Shown: piece after piece, positions 7,663-18,581 of the stretch
Numbering within the stretch: position 1 is the stretch's first letter
How the letters are laid out: every line of letters starts with the position of its first letter
Assembly (NCBI GenBank): GCA_945919375.1
Contig: CAMEJD010000007.1
Coordinates: 4,455-68,454, forward strand
Source of the DNA: an uncultured Clostridia bacterium
Lineage (GTDB): Bacteria > Bacillota > Clostridia > Christensenellales > UBA1242
Reading direction: 5' to 3'
Length of the DNA: 64,000 nt
The notes under the pieces: generated by a model
What the model was told of the DNA's origin: nothing
Database searches by the model: none
The model's input: the letters and a program-made list of their open reading frames with translations, nothing else
Made by a program: the position numbers and the translations under genes

Positions 7663-8361
7663 TTAATCGATATAGATTATTCTGTGACAATGCTCACATT
7701 CAAAATAACCTTTTTCCTTTATGATTGTTAAACTTGCAGAAGGAAGTTCCATCATACATCCTCCACAAGATTTATCATTGAGTGGAACAAAAACAGGATA
7801 TACCTTGTCTGCTCTTTTTTGTTTATATTTTGCCAAAATATTTGGGTCTATATTTTTTTCAAGTTTTTTTAGTGCTTTTTTCTTCTCTTCAATTTGTGGG
7901 GTTAAAGTTTCAACAAGTTTGTCGTATTTTTCTTTATGTTCTGTGTACTTTTGTTTTGCTTGAGCATGTTTTTTCTTTGTTGAATCAAACTCACTTAATA
8001 TTGCATTAACTCTTTCTGCCATATATACAAGTTTTTTCTCCAAAATATTAATATTGTCCATAAGATTTGAAACGCTTTTTGAAACATTATTCAAATCATC
8101 GTCACTAACCTTTTCGAGTTTTGTATTTAAAATCATTCCACAAGATTTTTGATTTTCGTTATATGACTTTTCCAATGTTTTATATTCATCAAATAAAGTT
8201 TTCGCTTCATTATCTAATGCAGTTGAACGATTTTGAGCATTTTTTACAACATTTATCATATCTTGATATATTTTTTTATCTTCGCTTGCATAAAGTTTTC
8301 TTTCAAGTTTGATAATTTCTGAATCTTGTTTTTGATATTCTAATATTTTTGATACATCCAT
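7663..8361 (-). CDS. coiled-coil plus C-terminal zinc-ribbon protein (COG1579/DUF164-like)
   Basis: A long heptad-rich region is followed by 'CGGCMMELPSASL...FECEHCHRIIY', which forms a C4 ribbon. Confidence 0.65.
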   Translation of the reverse strand: MDVSKILEYQKQDSEIIKLERKLYASEDKKIYQDMINVVKNAQNRSTALDNEAKTLFDEYKTLEKSYNENQKSCGMILNTKLEKVSDDDLNNVSKSVSNLMDNINILEKKLVYMAERVNAILSEFDSTKKKHAQAKQKYTEHKEKYDKLVETLTPQIEEKKKALKKLEKNIDPNILAKYKQKRADKVYPVFVPLNDKSCGGCMMELPSASLTIIKEKGYFECEHCHRIIYID

Positions 8362-8372
8362 TCACTTACTCC

Positions 8373-9425
8373 TTATTCCATAAAGTCTACTAATTTTTTA
8401 CTTCTATTTGGGTTTCTTAATTTGCGAAGTGCTTTTGCTTCAATTTGTCTTATTCTTTCTCTTGTAACATTAAACTCTTTTCCAACTTCTTCCAGTGTCC
8501 TTGGATGAGAATCATCAAGACCATAGCGAAGGCGAATAACTTTTTGTTCTCTTGGTGTTAACGTTTCAATTACTGCAAGCAATTGTTCACGAAGAAGATT
8601 TTGAGTTGCAACTTCAACGGGCGACTTTATTGTTTCATCTTCAATAAAATCTGCCATTTTGCTATCTTCTTCTTCGCCGACAGGATTTTCAAGTGAAATA
8701 GGTTCTTGTGCTATTTTTTGAATCTCTGCAACTTTTTCTTCTGGCATATCCATTGCTTTTGCCAGCTCTTCCAATGTTGGATCTCTGCCAAGTTCTTGCA
8801 AAAGTTGTCTTTTTGCTCTTGTTAACTTGTGAATTGTTTCTACCATATGAACAGGAATTCTTATTGTTCTTGCTTGGTCTGCCATTGCTCTTGTTATTGA
8901 TTGTCTTATCCACCATGTTGCATAAGTTGAGAACCTAAAGCCTTTTGAATAATCAAACTTTTCAACTGCTTTAAGCAAACCAAGGTTACCTTCTTGGATT
9001 AAGTCCAAAAACTGCATACTTGTTCTTCCCGCATATCTTTTTGCAATGCTTACAACAAGTCTTAAGTTTGCTTCTGTTAATTTTGATTTTGCATACTCGT
9101 CACCTTCCAACACTTTTTTGGCAAGTTCAATTTCTTCATCACTTGTAAGAAGTGGGACTTTGCCAATGTCTTTTAAATACATTTTTACAGGGTCATCTGT
9201 GATTGTTGCAACAAGGTCACTAAAATCTTCTTTTTCAATGTCTGGGTTTTCGGCTTTTATAACCTTTATATTTGCTTCTTGCAAATGTTTTAGGACTTCA
9301 TCAATTTCTTCCTTTGATGCTTCATACTTAAGCATTCTAAACATTACATCTTCTTCATTTATAGAACCCTTTTTTGTTCCCATTTCAATCAATTTTTTGA
9401 GTTCTTGTTCTAATTTTTCTTTCAA
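8373..9425 (-). CDS. sigA: RNA polymerase primary sigma factor
   Basis: Region 2 is '[27 protein letters not shown]' and region 4.2 is '[28 protein letters not shown]'. The TTG start at 9425 follows GGAGGA, which is embedded in the end of dnaG. Confidence 0.93.
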   Translation of the reverse strand: MKEKLEQELKKLIEMGTKKGSINEEDVMFRMLKYEASKEEIDEVLKHLQEANIKVIKAENPDIEKEDFSDLVATITDDPVKMYLKDIGKVPLLTSDEEIELAKKVLEGDEYAKSKLTEANLRLVVSIAKRYAGRTSMQFLDLIQEGNLGLLKAVEKFDYSKGFRFSTYATWWIRQSITRAMADQARTIRIPVHMVETIHKLTRAKRQLLQELGRDPTLEELAKAMDMPEEKVAEIQKIAQEPISLENPVGEEEDSKMADFIEDETIKSPVEVATQNLLREQLLAVIETLTPREQKVIRLRYGLDDSHPRTLEEVGKEFNVTRERIRQIEAKALRKLRNPNRSKKLVDFME

Positions 9426-9426
9426 C

Positions 9427-11211
9427 TTAATCCTCCAAAATTCTATCCCTTAGTTTTTTTTGCGTTTTACTTATTTCTTGTGCAATTTCCAAACGCTTTC
9501 TTGTATCGCTTTCACTACTAAACATTTCGCTTTGTTTTTTTAGTATTTGTTTTAAGTATGTTTCTCTAATCTTCCACACACATTCATTATAATATTTTTC
9601 CGGACTTGTTATTTCTTCAAAGTTATAATCTATTATATCTCTTAAATTTGGTTCATTATCAACATCAAATCTATCATATAAAGTTGATTTCAATAAAGTT
9701 TGTCCATTATTTTTATATTCTTTCATCAAATCATATAATTGAATATATGTTGGGTTGATTAGATATTTTTTTAAATCAAAATCAAAGTTTGCATAATCTT
9801 TTCTTTCAAGCAAACTTGCCAAAATAAATTTTATTGACTTTATTTCTGCGTCTTCAAGATAGGTTATATGTTCTTCTTCTTTTTTTTCTACCAAACCTTT
9901 TTTTGTATTGTCTGGTGGAGTATCGGTCAAATCTCGTTTTAACACTTCAATTGAAACACCTGTTAGTTCATTTATTATTTTTAGGTATACTTCTTTTTCG
10001 CTGTTTCTTTTTAATGTGTTTACAATATCAATGGCATCATTAACAAACTTTGCTTTTTCATCAACTTTTGTCAAATCATATTGTTCCATTTTGTTTTTTA
10101 TTTTAAACTCAATATAATCTAATGCATTATCCAAAAGTTCTTGGTATTTCTCTTTTCCATATGTATGCAAAAATTCATCAGGGTCTTTGTTCTCAGGAAT
10201 TTTTATTGCCTTTACATTCATCCCACCTTCAACAAGAGTGTCAATCGTTCTTATTGTTGCCTTTTGTCCCGCACTGTCGCCATCAAAAGACAATATGACA
10301 TTATTGCACAAATTGGATAGCATTCTTGCGTGCAATGGTGTTAACGCAGTTCCAAGGCAAGCAACACTGTTTGTGAATCCAAAGTTATGCATGGTTATCA
10401 AATCTATTTGACCTTCTACGATTATTATGTAATCAAGTTTTTGAGTTTGTTTTAGTGCTTTTAGATAATTCACACCAAACATATTTTTGCTTTTATCAAA
10501 TACAACCGTATTGATTGAATTCCTATATTTTGCAAAAGAATCTTGACTTAAACTTCTTGCACTAAAACCTATACATTCATCGTGGATGTTAAATATAGGA
10601 AACATCAATCTTTCACCAAAGACATCATAATATCTTTCATTCTTATTTTCGCAAATACCAGCAAGTTTCATATCGTTATAAGAAAAGCCTTGTTCCTTTA
10701 AATACACAATCATTTCAGTCCAATTTCGTGAATAACCAATATGGAACTTGTCCAAATCTCTTTTTGTTAATTGTCGTTTCTTTATATATTCTTGTGGGAT
10801 TGTGCTTGATTTTAGATATAAGTTTTGTTCGTAGTGTTTGTATGCTGCATCCAAAACTTTTAAAACAGTTTCTTTTTCTTTTCTCTTTTTTTGGACATCT
10901 TCATCAACCGAACGAGCAGGAATTTCCATATTCGCATTTTTTGCAAGGATTTCCACAGCAGTCATAAAATCACAACTTTCCATTTTCATAACAAATGTAA
11001 TAACATTACCATGCTCTTTACAGCCATAGCAGTGATAATACTGGTCCATTGCGTATATGCAAAGTGATGGCTGATTTTCATGATGGAAAGGACAGCACGC
11101 CCAATAATTTCTTCCTTTTTGTTGCAAGGTTAAATAACGTGACATAACGGTCACGATATCATTCTTTGCTTTTAGCTCTTCAAGCCACGCATCGTCAAAG
11201 CCTTTACTCAA
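9427..11211 (-). CDS. dnaG: DNA primase
   Basis: The zinc finger is '[14 protein letters not shown]...[10 protein letters not shown]' and the TOPRIM motifs are '[10 protein letters not shown]' and '[11 protein letters not shown]'. The start is TTG, preceded by GTGAGG. Confidence 0.92.
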   Translation of the reverse strand: MSKGFDDAWLEELKAKNDIVTVMSRYLTLQQKGRNYWACCPFHHENQPSLCIYAMDQYYHCYGCKEHGNVITFVMKMESCDFMTAVEILAKNANMEIPARSVDEDVQKKRKEKETVLKVLDAAYKHYEQNLYLKSSTIPQEYIKKRQLTKRDLDKFHIGYSRNWTEMIVYLKEQGFSYNDMKLAGICENKNERYYDVFGERLMFPIFNIHDECIGFSARSLSQDSFAKYRNSINTVVFDKSKNMFGVNYLKALKQTQKLDYIIIVEGQIDLITMHNFGFTNSVACLGTALTPLHARMLSNLCNNVILSFDGDSAGQKATIRTIDTLVEGGMNVKAIKIPENKDPDEFLHTYGKEKYQELLDNALDYIEFKIKNKMEQYDLTKVDEKAKFVNDAIDIVNTLKRNSEKEVYLKIINELTGVSIEVLKRDLTDTPPDNTKKGLVEKKEEEHITYLEDAEIKSIKFILASLLERKDYANFDFDLKKYLINPTYIQLYDLMKEYKNNGQTLLKSTLYDRFDVDNEPNLRDIIDYNFEEITSPEKYYNECVWKIRETYLKQILKKQSEMFSSESDTRKRLEIAQEISKTQKKLRDRILED

Positions 11212-11298
11212 AAAAATACCTCACTTGTGAATCATTTAACATTATTCGACACAAATAAGGTATTTCCTTTATTTTTGTTATAAATATATTACAATCTT

Positions 11299-13209
11299 TT
11301 AATTGGTTATCAAAACTACAGTTGAACCTTGTTGTAATTTGGTATTTTTTACTGGCAATTGCTTTGTAACTACTCCACCTTCACCATCAATTTCATAATC
11401 CAAATTTAGTTCTTTCAATTTGTTTATTGCGTCAAGTAGCGATAATCCTACAAGTTCTGGCATAGCAACATATTTTACATTAACTTCCTTTATTGGTTTT
11501 TCGTTAAGATATTCAAACATTTTTGCAAAAACTTGCTTTGCATATGGTGCGGCAACAACACTACCATAGTATGCACCAGCCCCCGGCTCATCCACCAAAA
11601 ATAACATAACATATTTGGGGTTGCTTGCCGGATATGTCCCAATAAAACTTGAAACATATTTCCCTCGTGCAATTGCTCCGTTTTGATATTTTTGTGCTGT
11701 TGCTGTTTTACCACCAACATCATATCCCGGAATAAAACTATATTCTTCTTTTTTATTTACAACTTTTTTTAACATTTCATTTAAAGTTTTTGATGTTTTG
11801 ATTGAAATTGTTGTGCTTTTTGGTTTTGGGTCATGAACACTTTTTGTTTTGTTGTCGTATGTTGAAATCTTTTTAACAACGGTTGGCGTATATAGATTTC
11901 CACCATTAACTGCCGAACAAACCGCAGTCACTAGTTGCAGTGGTGTAACAGCAACTGCCTGCCCAAAACCAATACGTGCAAGGTCTACATTTTTTACATT
12001 TTTGCTATTCATAAGAATGCCCGAACTTTCTGATGCAATATCTACTCCTGTTTTTTCCCCAAGCCCAAATTTCTTTAGATATGAGTAAAATTTTTCTGTT
12101 CCCATTCTTTGTGCAAGTGCTATAAAAACACAGTTACACGAATTTACGAGTCCTGTTGTTAGGTCTTGACTCCCATGGCCAATTGAACGCCAACATTTTA
12201 TTCTTTGTCCATCAACAATGCTTGCTCCACCACAATAAAAATGGTCATTAAGATGGGCAGAGCCACTTTCAAGAGCAGATGACATTGTTAAAATTTTAAA
12301 GGTACTTCCCGGTTCATAAACATCCACAACAAGTTTATTCTTTGTCATTGACATAAGTTTGCTTGTACTATCTCTTGGTATATCATTTAAGTTAAAACTC
12401 GGCTTGGTGCTACTTGCAATAATTTCGCCATTTTGTGCGTCCATAATTAAGCAAGATGCCGAAACTGCTTTTTGTTCAGTCATTGCAATGTTAAGAGTTT
12501 CTTCAACAATTTTTTGAATGTTTACATCAATGGTCAAAGTTATATTATCCCCGCTTTTTCCATCAATAAAAGTGCGTAAGGAATTGTTTAATTCCTTGCC
12601 CTGCAAATCGCTTTGCACAACAAATTTACCATTTTCGCCAGCAAGTAAATCATTATAATATGCTTCAACTCCAGATTGCCCGACATTATCAACAGTTGTA
12701 AATCCGATAATTTGTGTCAAAAGATCGCCATATGGGTAATACCTTTTTATGCTCTCGGACAGGAATATTCCATCAAGATTTTGACTTGCAATTTCTTTTG
12801 CAGTTTGCCTATCAACTTGCAATTTTATTAAAATTTCTGACACATTTCTTATGCTCACCTTGTCATACACATTTTGATAGTTTAAGTTTAGTTTTTGAGA
12901 TAAAAGTGAAGCAACTTTTGATATATCTTTCACTTCTCTACCACGAACATATATATCATATGTTGTAAATGAAACAGCAAGCGTTGCTCCGCTTATGTCA
13001 TATATTTTCCCCCTTTCTGCAGTTATTGGCAAATCTCTTGTCCACTGGTCATATGCTTTTTGTTGCAACTGTTTTGCATCGACAACTTGCACCCAAAAAA
13101 GTCTGACAAGTATTCCCAAAAATAAAAAGGATATCGCAAGCATAAATGCCGATATCCTCTTTCGTAATATATGATATGTAAGTTCGCTATCTATCAAATC
13201 AGCCTCCAA
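11299..13209 (-). CDS. penicillin-binding protein, class B transpeptidase with C-terminal PASTA (FtsI/PBP2B position in the dcw cluster)
   Basis: The N-terminal TM is 'ISAFMLAISFLFLGILVRLFWV'. The active-site motifs are 'STFK', 'SCN' and 'GGKTATA'. The C-terminus has a PASTA-like 'MPELVGLSLLDAINKLKELNLDYEIDGEG'. The start is uncertain: the TTG at 13197 follows GGAGG. Confidence 0.88.
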   Translation of the reverse strand: MEADLIDSELTYHILRKRISAFMLAISFLFLGILVRLFWVQVVDAKQLQQKAYDQWTRDLPITAERGKIYDISGATLAVSFTTYDIYVRGREVKDISKVASLLSQKLNLNYQNVYDKVSIRNVSEILIKLQVDRQTAKEIASQNLDGIFLSESIKRYYPYGDLLTQIIGFTTVDNVGQSGVEAYYNDLLAGENGKFVVQSDLQGKELNNSLRTFIDGKSGDNITLTIDVNIQKIVEETLNIAMTEQKAVSASCLIMDAQNGEIIASSTKPSFNLNDIPRDSTSKLMSMTKNKLVVDVYEPGSTFKILTMSSALESGSAHLNDHFYCGGASIVDGQRIKCWRSIGHGSQDLTTGLVNSCNCVFIALAQRMGTEKFYSYLKKFGLGEKTGVDIASESSGILMNSKNVKNVDLARIGFGQAVAVTPLQLVTAVCSAVNGGNLYTPTVVKKISTYDNKTKSVHDPKPKSTTISIKTSKTLNEMLKKVVNKKEEYSFIPGYDVGGKTATAQKYQNGAIARGKYVSSFIGTYPASNPKYVMLFLVDEPGAGAYYGSVVAAPYAKQVFAKMFEYLNEKPIKEVNVKYVAMPELVGLSLLDAINKLKELNLDYEIDGEGGVVTKQLPVKNTKLQQGSTVVLITN

Positions 13210-14011
13210 ACAAATTTTTTAGCCAATTACAAATTTTATCAAACCAATTGCTGTGTTGTTCATATTCTGTCACATCTTCAAGTGGTTCAGGTGTTATTGG
13301 AATAATGTCTTCAATTGGAAGGAGTGACCCCTTGTCTGCATCGCTTGGATGTTGTTCGCCTGTTTTTATTTTACTAATTTTGTTAATTAACTGTACAAGA
13401 TTTGCAGAATATTCGTTATTGCTTTGGGCAACTTCGGCAATTTCTGCATTTGTTTTTACGATATCAACAACATTCCCAATTATCCAGCCACCAGAAAGTG
13501 CAATAAGACAAGCAAACACACAACCTAGCAATCTAAATCTAAATTTATAACTTTTTTGTGTTGCACTTGAACTTTCATTTATTTGCTTTTCAAGTTGTTT
13601 GTCTTGAGTTCCCTTTATTTCCAAACTATCAGCAAAAAGGTCATCTAATTTTTGTTCTTCAGTTTTTGTATCTTCTTTAGCAACTTGCTCCGTTTGTTGT
13701 TGTTTTTGTATTTGTTTTTCTTGTTCCTCTTTTTGTTTTCTTAACTGCTCTTTTGCAATTTTTTCTTTTATCTCATTAAGTTTTTGTTCATCTCGTTTTA
13801 AACTAACTTGAGATTGTTGTGTCACATTTGATTGAGTTAAAAGTGGAGATACAACTTCGGTTGTTTCGTTTTGTGCTTTTGGAGCAGAACTATAATTTAG
13901 TTTTGTAAAATCGATTTTGTTTTCAGAAACAACTTGTTCATCTTCTTCTTTGTTTAGAATTGTTGTTCTTGCATATTCTCTAATTCTTTCAAGATTTTCA
14001 TCTTGTTCCAT
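13199..14011 (-). CDS. bitopic membrane protein in the FtsL/DivIC position (division-protein-like architecture)
   Basis: A Q/E/K-rich N-terminal region of about 160 aa is followed by a single TM 'LLGCVFACLIALSGGWIIGNVV' and a short coiled-coil ectodomain. The gene lies between rsmH and the PBP. The call rests on position and architecture only. Confidence 0.4.
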   Translation of the reverse strand: MEQDENLERIREYARTTILNKEEDEQVVSENKIDFTKLNYSSAPKAQNETTEVVSPLLTQSNVTQQSQVSLKRDEQKLNEIKEKIAKEQLRKQKEEQEKQIQKQQQTEQVAKEDTKTEEQKLDDLFADSLEIKGTQDKQLEKQINESSSATQKSYKFRFRLLGCVFACLIALSGGWIIGNVVDIVKTNAEIAEVAQSNNEYSANLVQLINKISKIKTGEQHPSDADKGSLLPIEDIIPITPEPLEDVTEYEQHSNWFDKICNWLKNLFGG

Positions 14012-14075
14012 ATATATCTACTCCTTTTAATAATAATTTATTACTATTTTAGTCTAATAGCTCAAAAAAATCAAC

Positions 14076-14999
14076 CTATATTTTTTCGCCAATACGCAAT
14101 TTTGCAGATGTTGACCTTGGATTTTCTTTTTGTTCTTGCAAACTTGCCATAACTGGTTTTTTGTTTACAAGTTTAAGTGTTTGTTTGTGTCCACAAATAC
14201 AAATTGGTGTTTTTGGTGGACACAAGCAACCTGTTGCATTGATTTTGTATGCATTTTTTACTATTCTATCCTCAAGAGAATGGAAAGATAAAATTGCAAT
14301 TCTTCCACCTTTATTCAATTTTGATATCAAATAATTTATTGTTTCAAAAAGCCTATCAAGTTCGCCATTAACTTCAATCCTTATTGCTTGGAATGTTTTT
14401 TTGTGTGCTCCATTGCGTTTAAATACAACTTTTGTTGGCATACTTTTTTCTATTATGCTTGCAAGTTGTTTTGTTGTTTCTATTGGTCTGTTGTTTACAA
14501 TATTATTCGCTATGCTTGAAGCATACTCTTCTTCCCCATATTCAGCAAGTATTCTTGTTAGATGTTGTTTTGAATAGGTATTAACAACTTCATATGCTGA
14601 TAATTTTTGAGATTTATCCATACGCATATCAAGTTTTGCATCATATCTAAAACTAAACCCACGCTCTGGATTATCTAACTGATAAGAGCTGACACCCAAA
14701 TCAATTAAAACTCCATCAATACCTTGAATATTCAAATCATCCAAAACTTTTTGTACGTCTTTAAAGTCTGCTTTAACCAATGTTACATTGTTATAATCTT
14801 TTAACCTTTCTTTGCATACATCAAGAGCATCTTGGTCTTTATCAATTCCAATTAAACGTCCCTTATTTGAAATGTGTTTTAATATTTCTTTTGAATGCCC
14901 TGCCCCACCTATTGTGCAGTCAAGATAAATACCATCAGGCTTGATATTTAAGCCTGACAGTATTTCATTTAACATAATTGGTTTGTGTACAAATTCCAC
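14076..14999 (-). CDS. rsmH: 16S rRNA (cytosine1402-N4)-methyltransferase
   Basis: The motifs 'HKPIMLNEIL', 'DCTIGGAGHS', 'DLGVSSYQLD' and 'ILSFHSLEDRIVK' are present. The start is GTG. Confidence 0.92.
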   Translation of the reverse strand: MEFVHKPIMLNEILSGLNIKPDGIYLDCTIGGAGHSKEILKHISNKGRLIGIDKDQDALDVCKERLKDYNNVTLVKADFKDVQKVLDDLNIQGIDGVLIDLGVSSYQLDNPERGFSFRYDAKLDMRMDKSQKLSAYEVVNTYSKQHLTRILAEYGEEEYASSIANNIVNNRPIETTKQLASIIEKSMPTKVVFKRNGAHKKTFQAIRIEVNGELDRLFETINYLISKLNKGGRIAILSFHSLEDRIVKNAYKINATGCLCPPKTPICICGHKQTLKLVNKKPVMASLQEQKENPRSTSAKLRIGEKI

Positions 15000-15000
15000 T

Positions 15001-17862
15001 TTATTCGCCCATTTTCTTTAATTCGGCAACAACATTTGCCCAATCAATTATTCCTTCCTTTGTATTTTTATCTATTATCGGTATGATAACTGCACCAATC
15101 TTTGCATCATTTTTTACATAATTTACCATTGCATCATATGCAGGTTTAAATACCCCATTTTCGGTTGTTGCATTATTTTGCAAACTTTCCAACACATCAA
15201 CAAATTTGTTTGAATTTTCACTCTTCATATATGTTGACAAATCAAAATTTTCATTTGTTACATCTTCAAGAATTTCACTCATATTTGCCATAACATCAAC
15301 AATTTGTTCAATTTGTTTTTCATCAAAATTTGTTAAATCTGTTGGGATGTTAGCACCATACTGACCAACGATATCTTTCACTTGTTTGTTAATCTTGTTT
15401 ACAACAATTATTGCAAGTGGTCTTAATAATTCACTCTCCATAATGGGTGTAAAAATTACTTTTAGGTCAGCTTTGTTAACTTGTTTTAAAATAACATCAA
15501 AATCGCCAACATCAAAAATATATTTTAAAAGTGTCATTGACGAATCGTTTGTAACAATTTTTGCTGTTACCATTTTTGTTACTGAATCTTGAATTTTACC
15601 AAGTTCTTGATTAAATCTAAAATCAGGTTTTAGTGTGCAACTAAAATCAATATATTCATTAAACTTTGTTTTGCTTAAACCTTCAACTAAATTTGAATAA
15701 ATGCCATTATGTCCATCATAATCGGCAAATATCAACGAAGCCTTTAATGAATCAAGACATTGCCCAAGCAAAGTCAAATCAGATTCTGCAATTGTATTAA
15801 ATGTATCATTTTTTAGTTTGTCAAAATTAAGGTTCTTTGCATATGCAATTGTATTGTTCAAAAAGTTCAATACCTTTACTTTTTCATCTTCTTCGTGAAC
15901 TTTCTCGAGATACAACTCACCCAAGTTGCAGTCACTTGAAATATACTTGCCTGCGTCTTTGACAAAGTTACTCATTGATTTAAAACCTAAATCAATAGAA
16001 TTTTTGAACATTTTGCTATCATATATTGGGTCAATAATTTGTGACAATAAAGATTTGTTTTGACCATTGATTACTGAAATATCATCCAACTTATCAATAA
16101 TTTTAGAAATATTTTCAGTTTTTACATAATATTTCCCATCTTCAGATTTTTCAATATAACTTATTATATTTGAATTTATGAACTTATCAATTGCAGTTGC
16201 CATATCTTGAGTTTCGGTTACCCAAATATTGTTTTGCTTTAAAACATCAAAGTTCACATATTTTTTGTATTCAGTTTTTGCCATTGCATCCATAATTTGA
16301 TTATAAATGCCATTTTTAGCAAAAATAGTCATATTTTGAACTGCATTCATTGATGTTCCAACATTCTTTAATATATCGCCAAGTGGCAAATCGAACGCAA
16401 GCCTTACATCATTTTTTATTTCGTCCAATTTATAATCTTTTACATCATTACAGATGTTTAGCAAACTTGATATCAAAGATTTAACTTCTGCTTTTTTTAC
16501 AACCAAACTTGTATCTTTTAAATCTAATTTTGTAAGTATTATGCTGTCGTCTTTTGTCACTTCTTTCAATTCATCTTCCAACTTGTAAACAGCTGTTGAC
16601 AATCCATAAACAACACATCTATTCAAAATTTTTGATTCAAAGCATATATCAATTAGTTCATTGAAAGACTTTTTATTGTCTTTTGATAGAATGTTTAAAA
16701 TATTAACAAGATTATCAGTTGTTGCTTCTCTATCTCCAAGTGGCAATTCATCCATAATTCCACTTTTTGACATTGACTTCATAAGATTTAACACACAATT
16801 TACTTCATTTTTTAGGTTTTCAACTGTTTTATTATCTTTTGTTATGTCACCTTTTATAACATTCAAGATGTCTACTAAATCTTTATTATTTTTTACATCA
16901 TCTCTTTCAAGCAATTCATCAAAGAAATAATTAAAGAAATCTGGTAACGCTGATTTTAAAATATTTGAATCAAAAACATAGTTTGTTGCAGTAATCAATT
17001 TATCATAGTCTAGTGATGAAATATTTTCTGGTGTTATTTGCATATCAAGCAAAAAGCTTACATTGTCATACACTTTTGACAAGTTTATAATTTCATCTCT
17101 CAATGCTATTTTGGTATCGTCAACTTTTACTGACGCAATATCATTAAATAATTTGTCGCCAAGCCCAAATATATTCCCAACTGCAGAGAGTGCCGAACTA
17201 TTGTATGCATCAATAATAACTTTTACCTCTTCTGGCAAATTTTTATCCAATAACTTTGATGTCGCATTTGTTTCAACAGTTTCAACCGTTTCTGCACTTG
17301 CTGTGTTTTGAATTTGATTTATTATATTTGCAAAACCACAAACAGGCAAAAATGTTATACCAACTAGTAATAATGCTTGAAATGCTCCAACAAGCCCACC
17401 AAACAATCTATGTTTCTTTACCTTGTTGCCATTTTCGGCTTTTGCCTTATAATTTTTGTTTATAACACTTGCAAAAACTAAATATACAATCCAAGATAAA
17501 AACGACAAAATATAAGAAAGGATAACAAAAACAAAAATATTTCCTATCATAATTGGGAAATTTGATATCAATTTTTGAATTGTTGGACTTTTTGATGTTA
17601 TGTCCCCAATTTCAGGAACAGAGTTTATCATTTGCAAAACATAGTCGTTTAATGTTATTTTTGAACTGTCAACCGTTACTTGTATGTTCATAACTGCTTT
17701 GGATACTACGGGTGTTATAAAGAGTGCAATTAGTATTGCAACAATAAAACAAGTAAATCTTACTCCTGATTTTTTTAGACCTTTAAGTCCCAAAAGGAAA
17801 CCAATCACTAAAAATACTGCAAATACTATGTTTAATATCAAAAGTACAAGTTCTTTTGTCAT
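15001..17862 (-). CDS. CvpA-family membrane domain fused to a ~770-aa uncharacterised, mostly helical extension
   Basis: The N-terminal ~185 aa contain four TM segments, and 'KKHRLFGGLVGAFQALLLVGITF' resembles the CvpA signature (DRxLGxxFGxxRG). The remainder has no motif I recognise. The start is probably the second ATG (17862), 6 nt after AAGGAG. The stop lies 1 nt from the rsmH start. Confidence 0.65.
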   Translation of the reverse strand: MTKELVLLILNIVFAVFLVIGFLLGLKGLKKSGVRFTCFIVAILIALFITPVVSKAVMNIQVTVDSSKITLNDYVLQMINSVPEIGDITSKSPTIQKLISNFPIMIGNIFVFVILSYILSFLSWIVYLVFASVINKNYKAKAENGNKVKKHRLFGGLVGAFQALLLVGITFLPVCGFANIINQIQNTASAETVETVETNATSKLLDKNLPEEVKVIIDAYNSSALSAVGNIFGLGDKLFNDIASVKVDDTKIALRDEIINLSKVYDNVSFLLDMQITPENISSLDYDKLITATNYVFDSNILKSALPDFFNYFFDELLERDDVKNNKDLVDILNVIKGDITKDNKTVENLKNEVNCVLNLMKSMSKSGIMDELPLGDREATTDNLVNILNILSKDNKKSFNELIDICFESKILNRCVVYGLSTAVYKLEDELKEVTKDDSIILTKLDLKDTSLVVKKAEVKSLISSLLNICNDVKDYKLDEIKNDVRLAFDLPLGDILKNVGTSMNAVQNMTIFAKNGIYNQIMDAMAKTEYKKYVNFDVLKQNNIWVTETQDMATAIDKFINSNIISYIEKSEDGKYYVKTENISKIIDKLDDISVINGQNKSLLSQIIDPIYDSKMFKNSIDLGFKSMSNFVKDAGKYISSDCNLGELYLEKVHEEDEKVKVLNFLNNTIAYAKNLNFDKLKNDTFNTIAESDLTLLGQCLDSLKASLIFADYDGHNGIYSNLVEGLSKTKFNEYIDFSCTLKPDFRFNQELGKIQDSVTKMVTAKIVTNDSSMTLLKYIFDVGDFDVILKQVNKADLKVIFTPIMESELLRPLAIIVVNKINKQVKDIVGQYGANIPTDLTNFDEKQIEQIVDVMANMSEILEDVTNENFDLSTYMKSENSNKFVDVLESLQNNATTENGVFKPAYDAMVNYVKNDAKIGAVIIPIIDKNTKEGIIDWANVVAELKKMGE

Positions 17863-17874
17863 AACCATCTCCTT

Positions 17875-18573
17875 TTATTTTATCTCTATCAATTTATTCT
17901 TTAGTAAGTCACACGATGTTAAAAAGTATTTTATACTCCCAAGTTCTTCTTCTATTTTATATTTTCCTATATAAGAATGAATATGCCCAAATACGCAATA
18001 TTTAACATCATATTTTGTTAATAAACTAATTATTTCGTTATTTTCTTTTTGTTGATTAAATGGTGGATAGTGTAACATACACACAATTTTATCGCCGTCT
18101 TGATATAATCTCTTTGCTGCCGAAAGTGCCATATCAAGCCTTATAACTTCCCTTTTGTATATTTTTTCATCTTCACTTGTTTGGCTTATTCCCTTTTCAG
18201 GTGCTTGCCAACCACGAGTCCCACAAAAAACATAATTCCCGATTTTTACTGCATCATTTTGAAGTGCAAAACTATTTCGGGGAAGAATATTCCTTACATT
18301 TGATATGCTTTGCCACCAATAGTCATGGTTTCCACGAATAAAAATTTTTGTTCCGGGTAAATCTTCAAAATAGTTTAAATCGAGTTTTGCTTCGTCCAAT
18401 TTCATTGCCCAAGAGATATCTCCACATATTAGAACAACATCACTATCGCAAACTTTCTCTTTCCAATCTTTTGCTATTTCTTCCTTGTAATTTTTCCAGC
18501 CATTACCAAAAATTTCCATTGGTTTTGCGCCAGATATACAAAGATGAAAATCACTTATTGCAAAAACTTTCAC
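17875..18573 (-). CDS. metallophosphoesterase (calcineurin-like)
   Basis: The motifs 'ISDFHL', 'GDISW', 'GNHDYWW', 'LHYPP' and 'GHIH' are present. I set the start at GTG 18573, after GGTGGGA. Confidence 0.8.
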   Translation of the reverse strand: MKVFAISDFHLCISGAKPMEIFGNGWKNYKEEIAKDWKEKVCDSDVVLICGDISWAMKLDEAKLDLNYFEDLPGTKIFIRGNHDYWWQSISNVRNILPRNSFALQNDAVKIGNYVFCGTRGWQAPEKGISQTSEDEKIYKREVIRLDMALSAAKRLYQDGDKIVCMLHYPPFNQQKENNEIISLLTKYDVKYCVFGHIHSYIGKYKIEEELGSIKYFLTSCDLLKNKLIEIK

Positions 18574-18581
18574 ATCCCACC

